Positions 1 through 7,870 of a DNA stretch of 20,000 nt are shown here, piece after piece. This DNA is from an uncultured virus (IMG/VR IMGVR_UViG_3300036719_003654) (taxonomy: Duplodnaviria; Heunggongvirae; Uroviricota; Caudoviricetes). Location: the IMG/VR virus record IMGVR_UViG_3300036719_003654; one strand, given 5' to 3'. The notes beneath the pieces are model-generated. The model did no database searches. It saw only the letters and a program-made list of their open reading frames with translations, and was not told the DNA's origin. Position 1 is the stretch's first letter; each line of letters opens with the position of its first letter. The translations under genes were made by a program, and so were the position numbers.

Positions 1-1770
1 GACATCCAGGCTCAATGGTGGAAAGGATTGTTCACCGGACTCAATGAAGCCCTGTATCTCCTGCGCACCGGAGACCCCTCATTCACCAAGCGTTTTGAGG
101 CCGATCTTATCGACGCTCTGAATGGCGAGAAGACCGCGCACCCCATTGCCATCGGCGAGAAGATGTGGAAAAGCGGCAGCCTGCTCCAGAAGATTCCCGG
201 CGCTCTGATGATGGTGGTCGGTCGTAGCATGGTCGCCGCCGACCACGTGAACAACACCGCCACCACGCAGGGAGCGATGGCCGTGGCTCGGGCGATGAAT
301 CCTGAGCTTTATGAAGGCAAGACATCTTGGACTCAGAAGGAGATCGCCGACGCTCGCAAGCAGGCGATTGCCGAGGCCACGGCAGGAGCGGAACCCGCGA
401 CCAAATTTGAACGCATGCTGGTCGCCAAGCGCACTCGCGAAATTCTTAACGCCGGGCTGACCGAGGCAGACCAGATGGCTGCTTCTGAAGTAGGAGACAT
501 CGCCGCATTCCAGAACGATCCGACGGGGTTGTTTGGCGGACTCTACCATGCGGTTAAGTCAGGCTTGTCTTCCGCAGTCCGCAGTCTGGACCAAGTTGCA
601 CAAGATGAGGAAGCTGCCAAGATCACGCGAGCGTTCGCCGCAGTGACGGCAGGCAGCGTCCACGCCCTCACCGGCACGAGGTTCATGCGCTTCGGCTTCA
701 ACCTCGGCAACGAGTTCATGCGCTACATGCCCGGCTCGTGGCTGCTGAACAAAGGCACCAACATCCTCGGCAGCAAACTCAGCCCGATGCAGCAGGATAT
801 GCTGATTGGTAAGAACGTGGTCGGGGGCATTCTGCTTGCCACTCTCTATTCTCTGTTTGGAGACGACGACGAATCCGAGGACGGCAAGTGGCACATGGAA
901 GGTCCGTGGAACGATCTCAGTCTCGGTGAGCAGTCTTCCCGCCTGAGCGCGGGATTGGCGAAGAACTCCTTTTGGCGCAGGAAAGACGGCAAGATTGAGC
1001 GCATCAGCTATGCACAATGGCCGACTGCCGGACTTCTAGCCGCTGTGGGAAGCATGCTCGACGAGAAACGCTACAAGCCTGAAGACTGGAATCAGCGCGG
1101 AGTAGCGGGACACATTCTTCAAGGCGCTGTCACTGGGCTGTTTCAAGTCCAAGATGCTGCCGCCATGCAGCAGGTTGCCGAACTTTTCAGCACCTCGTCC
1201 TCGTACGGGGCGGCACAAGGGATGCCGGAGAAAGTCATTAAAATGGGTACGAACTACCTTGGGGGTCTGGTACCCACATCCGTCAAAGATTTGGACAAGT
1301 GGCAAGACCCACGCAATTTCCGGGCAGACGGCGTCTGGGAAAAGCTCGTCCGCGAGATGCCTGTCGCACGTCGATTTGTCAACGATGGGCGTCCGCAGTT
1401 CAACCGCATCGGTCAAGATGTCCGACTCCACCGCGAGCCTTACAGCCGTCTCTACACAACTGACGAAGCAGACAAGGCGACTGTGGCCTACGGGCAGTTA
1501 CTCGCGAGGGGTATCGACTTTCCTACACCGAGCACCAAACGTCAGATCATCAAGGACGGCAAGAAGGTGCCTATGGACACCCTCGGCAAAGGAGTTACTT
1601 ACGACTTCGAGAAAGCGGTCGCTCTCAGCTATGGCAAGTTCTTGCAGGAGAACGGCGAGCGGATCACAGGAATGTCCACCAAGGCGCTCGACAAACTGAT
1701 TCGTGATCGGGCCACGCGCATCCTCGACATCGAGACCCGCAAGGTTCAAGCGAAAGTCAACAACCCATGA
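1..1770 (+). CDS. C-terminal part of a large phage protein, probably a virion/internal (ejection) protein; 5'-truncated by the window
   Basis: Frame 1 is open from base 1 to TGA at 1768-1770 (>580 aa). It is Ala/Gly-rich and helical-looking with no catalytic motif recognised. The stop overlaps the next ATG (ATGA). The function is inferred from size, composition and context only. Confidence 0.6.
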   Translation, partial: DIQAQWWKGLFTGLNEALYLLRTGDPSFTKRFEADLIDALNGEKTAHPIAIGEKMWKSGSLLQKIPGALMMVVGRSMVAADHVNNTATTQGAMAVARAMNPELYEGKTSWTQKEIADARKQAIAEATAGAEPATKFERMLVAKRTREILNAGLTEADQMAASEVGDIAAFQNDPTGLFGGLYHAVKSGLSSAVRSLDQVAQDEEAAKITRAFAAVTAGSVHALTGTRFMRFGFNLGNEFMRYMPGSWLLNKGTNILGSKLSPMQQDMLIGKNVVGGILLATLYSLFGDDDESEDGKWHMEGPWNDLSLGEQSSRLSAGLAKNSFWRRKDGKIERISYAQWPTAGLLAAVGSMLDEKRYKPEDWNQRGVAGHILQGAVTGLFQVQDAAAMQQVAELFSTSSSYGAAQGMPEKVIKMGTNYLGGLVPTSVKDLDKWQDPRNFRADGVWEKLVREMPVARRFVNDGRPQFNRIGQDVRLHREPYSRLYTTDEADKATVAYGQLLARGIDFPTPSTKRQIIKDGKKVPMDTLGKGVTYDFEKAVALSYGKFLQENGERITGMSTKALDKLIRDRATRILDIETRKVQAKVNNP

Positions 1771-2354
1771 AACGCCCCTTCAACGAAACTGTGGTCCCGC
1801 CTGGAGGTGGCTGGAAATACACCGACCCCGTCACCGGAGTTCCCGTGTCGTCCAACTCCCTGACCGTCATGCTCCAGCAGGTGAAGGCGCAGCGCGTTGC
1901 CAATGGTGTCGAGGTCGGGAGTGGCTGGGAGCATGTGGTGCTCGACGAGATGTGCGAGCAGAACCCCGGCTTCCGGTGCATCGAGGCTGGAGCGCCCGAG
2001 ATCCACATGACGGGGGACGACGTGAAGCGGTTCCTGCTCACACTTCAAGAGCTGTACGGCAATGAGTTGGTCAGTGACGAAGAGCATCGCCGCCGCGCCG
2101 ACATCTGCCTGTCATGCCCCAAGATGGCTGACGTTGCCTGCACGTTCCCGTGCGGTTGGGTGAGCAAGAAGTTGACCGAGATGCTCGGTGGTCGGAAGAT
2201 TCACCGGCCTGCGGAGCTATATAAAAAGGGGTGCAGTGCTTGCGGCTGCGACGTGTCGAGCAAAACATACTACCCCCTCGACGTGCTCAAATCTGTGGAC
2301 GTGAAGCTGGGGAAGCAGCCGGACTACTGGGAGAATTGCTGGATGCGGGAGTGA
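1767..2354 (+). CDS. Cys-rich hypothetical phage protein (195 aa), probable metal-binding C-terminal domain
   Basis: ATGA coupling to the upstream gene. C-terminal CLSCP...CTFPC...CSACGC...CW pattern; N-terminal PPGGGWKY motif. Confidence 0.75.
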   Translation: MKRPFNETVVPPGGGWKYTDPVTGVPVSSNSLTVMLQQVKAQRVANGVEVGSGWEHVVLDEMCEQNPGFRCIEAGAPEIHMTGDDVKRFLLTLQELYGNELVSDEEHRRRADICLSCPKMADVACTFPCGWVSKKLTEMLGGRKIHRPAELYKKGCSACGCDVSSKTYYPLDVLKSVDVKLGKQPDYWENCWMRE

Positions 2355-2748
2355 TCCTCTTCTGGATCAAGAACTGCCGTTGCTCCGAGTCGTCACATAG
2401 CTGGGCCAGCAGGTTCTTGGTGCCTTCGGTGGCTTTCGGCATCTCCGACACGAGGACGGCGCACAGGTTCTTCTCACCTGACAGGAGATCAGCAAACAGC
2501 TTTTCCGGGGAGTGCTCGTTCGGGTGGAACGCGGCTTTCGTGGCAGCGTCCATCCCCAGCTTGGCGAGGTCCATCTTGCTGCCGAGACCAACAGCCCGTT
2601 CAACCACCGAATCGTAGGCCGCGTCGTAGGCTTCGTAAAACTTCCCGAACGTCTTGTGGTCGGCGAAGAACGTCGGCCCTTGCGTGTCGTGATGGGCGCG
2701 TTGGGCAAACAGACGCAGGGTGAGCAGTTGGAGGGCGGCGAGGTCCAT
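2287..2748 (-). CDS. dps: Dps/ferritin-like protein
   Basis: QRAHHDTQGPTFFADHKTF...YDSVVERAVGLG aligns by eye with the Dps signature (E. coli KQAHWNMRGANFIAVHEML...LDTMAERAVQLG). The ferroxidase-type H, H, D and E residues are retained. Confidence 0.8.
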   Translation of the reverse strand: MDLAALQLLTLRLFAQRAHHDTQGPTFFADHKTFGKFYEAYDAAYDSVVERAVGLGSKMDLAKLGMDAATKAAFHPNEHSPEKLFADLLSGEKNLCAVLVSEMPKATEGTKNLLAQLCDDSEQRQFLIQKRITPASSNSPSSPAASPASRPQI

Positions 2749-2756
2749 GGTGGCGG

Positions 2757-2785
2757 ATTGTAGTGGAGCCGGGGTGATGGGTCAA
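2757..2785 (-). promoter_or_regulatory. sigma70-type promoter for the dps-like gene
   Basis: On the - strand: TTGACC (2785-2780), 17-nt spacer, TACAAT (2762-2757). The -10 box ends 8 nt before the ATG at 2748. Confidence 0.7.
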
Positions 2786-2798
2786 CCCTTTGCAAGTG

Positions 2799-2948
2799 TC
2801 ATGGAAGGTGCAGCCAAACCCAGCGATACCATACCCGTATAAATAGTTGCCTTTGAACGGTTTTTATCTCAGGGCAGAACAGCCACACCAGAGTAGCCGC
2901 CCACATAGCAAGGAGCCTGCGCATTGGTCTGGTGATGGGGAAGTGCAT
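2799..2948 (-). CDS. Small hydrophobic Trp-rich protein (49 aa), not in the ORF track
   Basis: Hand translation: MHFPITRPMRRLLAMWAATLVWLFCPEIKTVQRQLFIRVWYRWVWLHLP*. It starts 4 nt after the upstream stop at 2953 and fills the gap before the dps promoter. Confidence 0.45.
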   Translation of the reverse strand: MHFPITRPMRRLLAMWAATLVWLFCPEIKTVQRQLFIRVWYRWVWLHLP

Positions 2949-2952
2949 AAAA

Positions 2953-4176
2953 TCAAGCCTCCGTGATCGGGATGGTGTTCTGCACCCAGCCAGCTTTGGC
3001 TACGGCATATCCGTTGATCGAGAACGTGCCGATGAGGTAGGCCACATCAACTTCCAGCTTCTCCGCCAAGTCGTTGACGCGCATCTTCTTGCCACCGAGG
3101 GCGGCTTCGATGTCGGCGCGGGTGATTTTCTTGACGGGTTTGACCTCGGGGGTTTTGATCTTCACCTCCTCGGGCAACTCGGTAACAGTGACGACGGGTG
3201 CCTTCGTGACGGTGTGAGCCGGAGGCTCGGGAGCCTTCACTGGGATGACCTCGGTAGGCTTCTCATCGTCGCCCCAGAAGGCGTCATCTTGGGCCGGGTT
3301 CGTGGCAGCCTCGACCACGTTTTCTGCCGCCTGCCGAAAGGACTCGACATCCACCTCAACAGTAGTCGTCTCCACGCTCCAACCGCTTCCCAACGTCCGC
3401 GCTTTTTCCCCACGTCCCAACACGATGTCAGCCAGCGACCCGTCTTTGCAGCCATGCACCAGCACGGCCTTGGGGCTGACGACACCACCGCGAGGACGCA
3501 CCACACGGCTGCCGTGATCCACGGACTCACAGACGAGGTTGGTTCCTTCCATGTGGTAGTTCTGCGTGGACCACATGTCGCTGATGAGTTCGGTGTGCGA
3601 CACGCCGATGTTGCGGATAGGCCAGCGAAGGTACACGTCGAACGGTTCACGCGGGTTCATCGTGTAAGGTTTGGCGAGATCGAGCAGCAGCGGCTTGATC
3701 CGTTCGTCCTTCTCCATGTTGGCGGGGTAGATGCCGGTGCCCATCATCATCTGATCGCCGTCCTTGTAGGCGATCTGTCCGTTCACGTTGAACGGCGTGT
3801 TGACGAGGACGCCACGGAACGGGGTGCCGCCGTAGCGGTAGTCCTCGAACAGGGCGACCGCCCAGCGCGGCTTCACCGGCAGCATGTCTAACTCCATCCA
3901 CAAGAAGGGATCGGTATTGCCCATCTTGGCGAGTGCGAAGACCACGCTGGCGAAGTGTCGGTTGCAGGCGACAGGCGCTCCACCCTCGAAGTCCTGAGTC
4001 AGCGGGTAGGTTTCCGCGCCCAGACGCTCGGCATGCTCATAGGCGGTGTCCTTGGCGGCAGATGTGGGGAAGAAGATGACGGGATGCTCTTCCAACCCGC
4101 CGAGCTTGAGCAGGCATTCGGTGAGGTCGGGCAGCAGGTGCTTGTCGTGGGCGGATACGGGGATGGCGATTTTCAT
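2953..4176 (-). CDS. Putative GT-A-like glycosyltransferase with Pro/Thr/Glu/Val linker and C-terminal HTH-like domain (407 aa)
   Basis: N-terminal beta strand MKIAIPV; hydrophobic strand plus acidic motif PFLWMELDMLP (DxD-like); late VLVHGCKD motif; low-complexity linker; C-terminal MRVNDLAEKLEVDVAYL. ATGA overlap with the upstream gene. The ORF is solid but the function is tentative. Confidence 0.5.
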   Translation of the reverse strand: MKIAIPVSAHDKHLLPDLTECLLKLGGLEEHPVIFFPTSAAKDTAYEHAERLGAETYPLTQDFEGGAPVACNRHFASVVFALAKMGNTDPFLWMELDMLPVKPRWAVALFEDYRYGGTPFRGVLVNTPFNVNGQIAYKDGDQMMMGTGIYPANMEKDERIKPLLLDLAKPYTMNPREPFDVYLRWPIRNIGVSHTELISDMWSTQNYHMEGTNLVCESVDHGSRVVRPRGGVVSPKAVLVHGCKDGSLADIVLGRGEKARTLGSGWSVETTTVEVDVESFRQAAENVVEAATNPAQDDAFWGDDEKPTEVIPVKAPEPPAHTVTKAPVVTVTELPEEVKIKTPEVKPVKKITRADIEAALGGKKMRVNDLAEKLEVDVAYLIGTFSINGYAVAKAGWVQNTIPITEA

Positions 4177-4664
4177 GGTTCAGGCGTTGAGGCGTTAAAG
4201 AGTTTGGCTGGGTACAAAGTAGTTAAGAAATAACCCAAAGAGCAAAAAGGGTTGTCTTGTTTGTCTATTCGGTTGACCCACCTTACTTCCAGGATGTCTT
4301 CCGGCATCAAGTTTTCGGGAGTGGATAGGGCTTGAGCAAAAGCGTCGAGAGTAGTTTTTTTCGGGTTCTCGTCTTTGCACAGATAGGTAATATCCAGATA
4401 TGTCCTCCCGACCTCAACGGCTTCACGCCTACCCACGCTCTGAGGCAAACGCAGAGTCCTGTTTTTTATGCACAGGTTGTGCAAGAAGCGGTTGAGAGGA
4501 GTGTCTTCGCTGACAGAATCCGCAAACACTTTTTCCGCCACGAGGGCATACTCCTCGCGATCTTTCTCAGTCTCCTCAGACAGATCAGGACCACCAGTCT
4601 GCACCCATTTCCAGTCTGATAGACCGGATCGGGTGAATTTCATAGGCTCTTTGGAAGTACTCAT
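4173..4664 (-). CDS. Hypothetical protein (163 aa)
   Basis: ATGA overlaps at both ends (4661-4664 and 4173-4176). No motif recognised. Confidence 0.7.
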   Translation of the reverse strand: MSTSKEPMKFTRSGLSDWKWVQTGGPDLSEETEKDREEYALVAEKVFADSVSEDTPLNRFLHNLCIKNRTLRLPQSVGRREAVEVGRTYLDITYLCKDENPKKTTLDAFAQALSTPENLMPEDILEVRWVNRIDKQDNPFCSLGYFLTTLYPAKLFNASTPEP

Positions 4665-5026
4665 GGTGCGAGAACGTGTTGGGGGATTCGTAGATATTCT
4701 CCGTTGGCGAAGTTGTATCGGTTCGGGTTCGCGTCGGCCAACACTCCGGGGCGCGACTTGGACATGCCAATAGATAAAGGCTCGTCTTGCCCCTTCCTCC
4801 GAAATCTCAGCAACAATCTCGCCGACCCTTTCTCTTCCACCGTTTGGCGCATCTCAACAGAGAGAGCACTGCTAAAGATCACCACGTCCTCATAAGCCGC
4901 TGTCAGATACTCAGGGTTGACCACATACTTTGCCGCTTTCGGCAGAGCAGGCACCAAGCCGGTGATCTCCATGGCTGCGGCACACGCTGCCCCGGCAAGG
5001 AGTTTGAAGATGGAGCGACGGTTCAT
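4661..5026 (-). CDS. Hypothetical protein with twin-arginine (Tat)-like signal peptide (121 aa)
   Basis: N-terminus MNRRSIFKLLAGAACAAAM: RRxxFK followed by an Ala-rich hydrophobic stretch. ATGA overlaps at both ends. Confidence 0.7.
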   Translation of the reverse strand: MNRRSIFKLLAGAACAAAMEITGLVPALPKAAKYVVNPEYLTAAYEDVVIFSSALSVEMRQTVEEKGSARLLLRFRRKGQDEPLSIGMSKSRPGVLADANPNRYNFANGEYLRIPQHVLAP

Positions 5027-6021
5027 AGGCTGTAATTTTCAAGAGCTTGTTGTACGCGGAGAAACTGGGCCTGCCCCCCGTGATCCGCAAAGAAGGCGGG
5101 GCATCGTTCGACATTGGCGTCGTACACGGCGTCCTCGGCATCATCAATAGTGAGATTCTCCCTCTTCGCAACTTCTCTCACCAAAAGTTCAAAGCAGGGT
5201 GAAGCTCCACCGTTGTAGCGCCAGTTCCCCGGTGGCGTGGTGTGGATTTTCTTCTCCGTCTTGGGGCGGACTCCGCGCAGCACGGTGCCGTCTGGCAGCG
5301 TGACCACGCCGTCAGCGACATGGGAGGCGTTGGGGCGGACGTAGATGCAGTCGGGGAAGCCCAGATGAGTCTCTTGAATGAGGTTGTGTTTCAGCCCTTC
5401 GGCGATGGCGTTGGCACAGGACTGGTTGCCGATGAACAGGTCAGACCCTTTGATCAGCCGCGCCACCTCCAACATGTCTGTGGTGGGCTGGAACTCGACG
5501 TAGCCGTGGTGGCCGATGAACTCGCGCCACTCGTGATGCAGTCCGACGAAGAGCAGACGGTTGCGGAGATGAGCCACGATCTCTTTCCACGGGAACCGCT
5601 CGTTGCGATAGCGCCCGGTGCGGTTGATCACCACACGCCCTTTGGAGCGCGGCGACGGTTCGACGCCGTACAGCCACGGCTCGTCGGCGGTGAAGTTCTG
5701 CCCGATGCTGTGCGTCTTGATGAGGTGGTTGAGGTGCGCCCGCATGAGCGTCTCGCCTTTGGTGTAGTGACGTTCGCGGAAGCCCTCGCTCTTCCAGTCC
5801 ACCGGGTCGCCCGGCTGGATGATCTGGATGTCCGCGATGTAGGGTTGCAGCTTCACCAGTGGTGCCAGCAGATCATACATGCGTTGCACGCCTTCCGGTC
5901 CTTTGGCCTTGGTCGAAGACGATGAACGCAGGCACAGGGTGTGTGGGCCGTCGGGGATCTGTTTGAGCAGACACAGCGCAAACACCACATCGCCAATGTC
6001 ACCTGTAGAAGAAATTTTCAT
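5023..6021 (-). CDS. Glycosyltransferase family 9-like (heptosyltransferase-type GT-B) with C-terminal extension
   Basis: N-terminal GDIGDVVFAL and C-lobe DMLEVARLIKGSDLFIGNQSCANAIAEGL match the GT9 patterns (GxxGD...; L.E.A.LI...DLFIGNDS...H.A.AL). ATG at 6021 is preferred over the TTG at 6069. Confidence 0.8.
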   Translation of the reverse strand: MKISSTGDIGDVVFALCLLKQIPDGPHTLCLRSSSSTKAKGPEGVQRMYDLLAPLVKLQPYIADIQIIQPGDPVDWKSEGFRERHYTKGETLMRAHLNHLIKTHSIGQNFTADEPWLYGVEPSPRSKGRVVINRTGRYRNERFPWKEIVAHLRNRLLFVGLHHEWREFIGHHGYVEFQPTTDMLEVARLIKGSDLFIGNQSCANAIAEGLKHNLIQETHLGFPDCIYVRPNASHVADGVVTLPDGTVLRGVRPKTEKKIHTTPPGNWRYNGGASPCFELLVREVAKRENLTIDDAEDAVYDANVERCPAFFADHGGQAQFLRVQQALENYSL

Positions 6022-6065
6022 GTGTTGGGGGATATTTCTTATTTCGTCATAAAATCTCCCCACGG

Positions 6066-7292
6066 TCAAATGAAGTTCTTATGCCGTGGCTCCGGCCCCA
6101 CTGGCTGCGGGTCAGCCCCTTTCCAGATAGCGTCCAAGGCGCGGTTCTGCGTGCCGAACACGCATTTCTGGCAATGCACCATCGGGTCGATCAGCGAACG
6201 CACAGGCTGCTCGTAGAGTTCATGAATGGTGTCCCAGCGTCCGATGACGTAGGCGCTGCCGCCCTGTGAACGGTTGGCTTGATCCAAAAGGGTTACGCTA
6301 TCGCAGGGTGTCACGTCGCCGGAAGGCCATAACACGGGATGTGAATAACCAAGCAGACAACAGGTGTGGGGGGCTGGCGGCTTGTACTGCACCATGATGC
6401 GAGGGTCCACTTCCAACGCCAGTTGTTCCAACTCGATGCACCGTTCCGGGATCTTCTGAATCTCGTAGCAGTTCGGCAGCGCACGGATGTAGGTGAACGG
6501 TTTGGTGGAAAGCAACTCCTTCAATTTCTGCTTTATGAACGGGAGGCGGTCCTTGCCATAGGTCACGCGCTCCGCTTCATCGCCTGCGAGCAAAGGAGTT
6601 TGAAGGTCTTCGGGACGACTGACTTTTCCGTGCCGGTCGAGCGGATCTTTGTAGGAGTCGTGATACACCCAGCTTCCGCCAAGAGCAGTCAGTTCTGGAT
6701 TGATGTCAGGCACTTCCACTTCCTCACCATGGTCCCACGCGCTGAGAGAGATGCGAATCCATGTCAACTTATCCAAGGTTTCAGGCCGAACGGTTCTCCA
6801 AGAGGTCCGGCCATCGGGATACTGCACCATGTTCTTGAGGCCGTTGCTGATCAGCCCGATTTGCAGACCTTTGCCATGCAGCGTGTCCACCAAGTCGTCG
6901 AAATCGTAGCCCTTTTCGCGGTCCTTCCACAATATGGGGTTCCCTCCCCCGCTCAGAATAACGGCTTTCAAACCCAATGGAATGAGCTGATCCACATATG
7001 TTTCCACCTGATGCAATGTCAGGGCGGCGTTGCCTCGGTTGGCAGTAGAACAGAAAGAACACTTGTGCTGGCAGGCGTCTCCCACAAAAATCCCGCTCAC
7101 CTTGGGCACTCCTTTGCCTTGATGCAGCCCCTCGATGATGTCGCGGTGCCAAGGGATTTTGGATGAGGTGCTGGTGAACTCGTTGAGCAAATCCTTCATG
7201 GACTCAGGAGTCTCGTGATTACACGTCTCTGAGTCGCCGGGGATGGTGTCCAGTTCGGGCTTGTCGGCGATGGCGGAAGGGAGGGTGTTCAT
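6066..7292 (-). CDS. Radical SAM enzyme with C-terminal SPASM/Twitch-like Fe-S domain
   Basis: CQHKCSFC (CxxxCxxC); ILSGGGNP (variant of the GGEP motif); C-terminal CCLLG...GDVTPCD...CQKC. The start at 7292 gives an ATGA overlap with the upstream stop. Confidence 0.9.
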   Translation of the reverse strand: MNTLPSAIADKPELDTIPGDSETCNHETPESMKDLLNEFTSTSSKIPWHRDIIEGLHQGKGVPKVSGIFVGDACQHKCSFCSTANRGNAALTLHQVETYVDQLIPLGLKAVILSGGGNPILWKDREKGYDFDDLVDTLHGKGLQIGLISNGLKNMVQYPDGRTSWRTVRPETLDKLTWIRISLSAWDHGEEVEVPDINPELTALGGSWVYHDSYKDPLDRHGKVSRPEDLQTPLLAGDEAERVTYGKDRLPFIKQKLKELLSTKPFTYIRALPNCYEIQKIPERCIELEQLALEVDPRIMVQYKPPAPHTCCLLGYSHPVLWPSGDVTPCDSVTLLDQANRSQGGSAYVIGRWDTIHELYEQPVRSLIDPMVHCQKCVFGTQNRALDAIWKGADPQPVGPEPRHKNFI

Positions 7293-7870
7293 AGAGGTTT
7301 CCGTGCCCACATCTCCAACGAGAAGATACGGCGGTTAAGTTTTGGCACGATCTCGGCAACCGTGGGCGAGTGGTTCTCGTCTGAGTTGACAAGGAGATGG
7401 ACGTGGTGTGAGGGGAAACCTGCGCGGACAAAATGTGCCCACATGGAATCCTCTGTGAAGATTTGAGCGTGCTGGTCAAACCACAAAGCTGCCTCGAACC
7501 ACGTTGGGATAGGGTTCGGTGGATCTGTCACCTCGAACAAACGAGGCCAGTTCTCGTTGCGGTCCTCGTCGTGGACAGAACGGAAGTAGGTGGCGTCTGG
7601 CACGCTCACCAGTATCACGCCACCAGGGTTGAGCACTCGCAGCACTTCCTTCATCACCTTGACCGCTTCACGGCAGTCCATGTGCTCCAGAACATGGCTG
7701 CACAAACAGCCGTCAAACGAGTTGTCGGGAAAAGGGAGTGGCTGGCGCAGATCGTGCCGGACGAAGTTCGGCTCGTTGATCTCATGACCACCGCCCTCCC
7801 AGTTGTCGAGGTTGACCCAGATGTTGTCGATGGGTCTTGTTGACCCGGCTCCGAGGTTGAGAATTTTCAT
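7289..7870 (-). CDS. Class I SAM-dependent methyltransferase (Methyltransf_11-like)
   Basis: ILNLGAG, WVNLD, HDLRQPLPFPDNSFD, SHVLEH, RVLNPGG motifs. Confidence 0.9.
   Translation of the reverse strand: MKILNLGAGSTRPIDNIWVNLDNWEGGGHEINEPNFVRHDLRQPLPFPDNSFDGCLCSHVLEHMDCREAVKVMKEVLRVLNPGGVILVSVPDATYFRSVHDEDRNENWPRLFEVTDPPNPIPTWFEAALWFDQHAQIFTEDSMWAHFVRAGFPSHHVHLLVNSDENHSPTVAEIVPKLNRRIFSLEMWARKPL

Noticed and set aside
2745..2756. Perfect Kozak-like CCGCCACCATGG at the dps start
   Set aside because: The context is a bacterial sigma70 promoter with coupled operons. It is best explained as one more C/A-rich leader.
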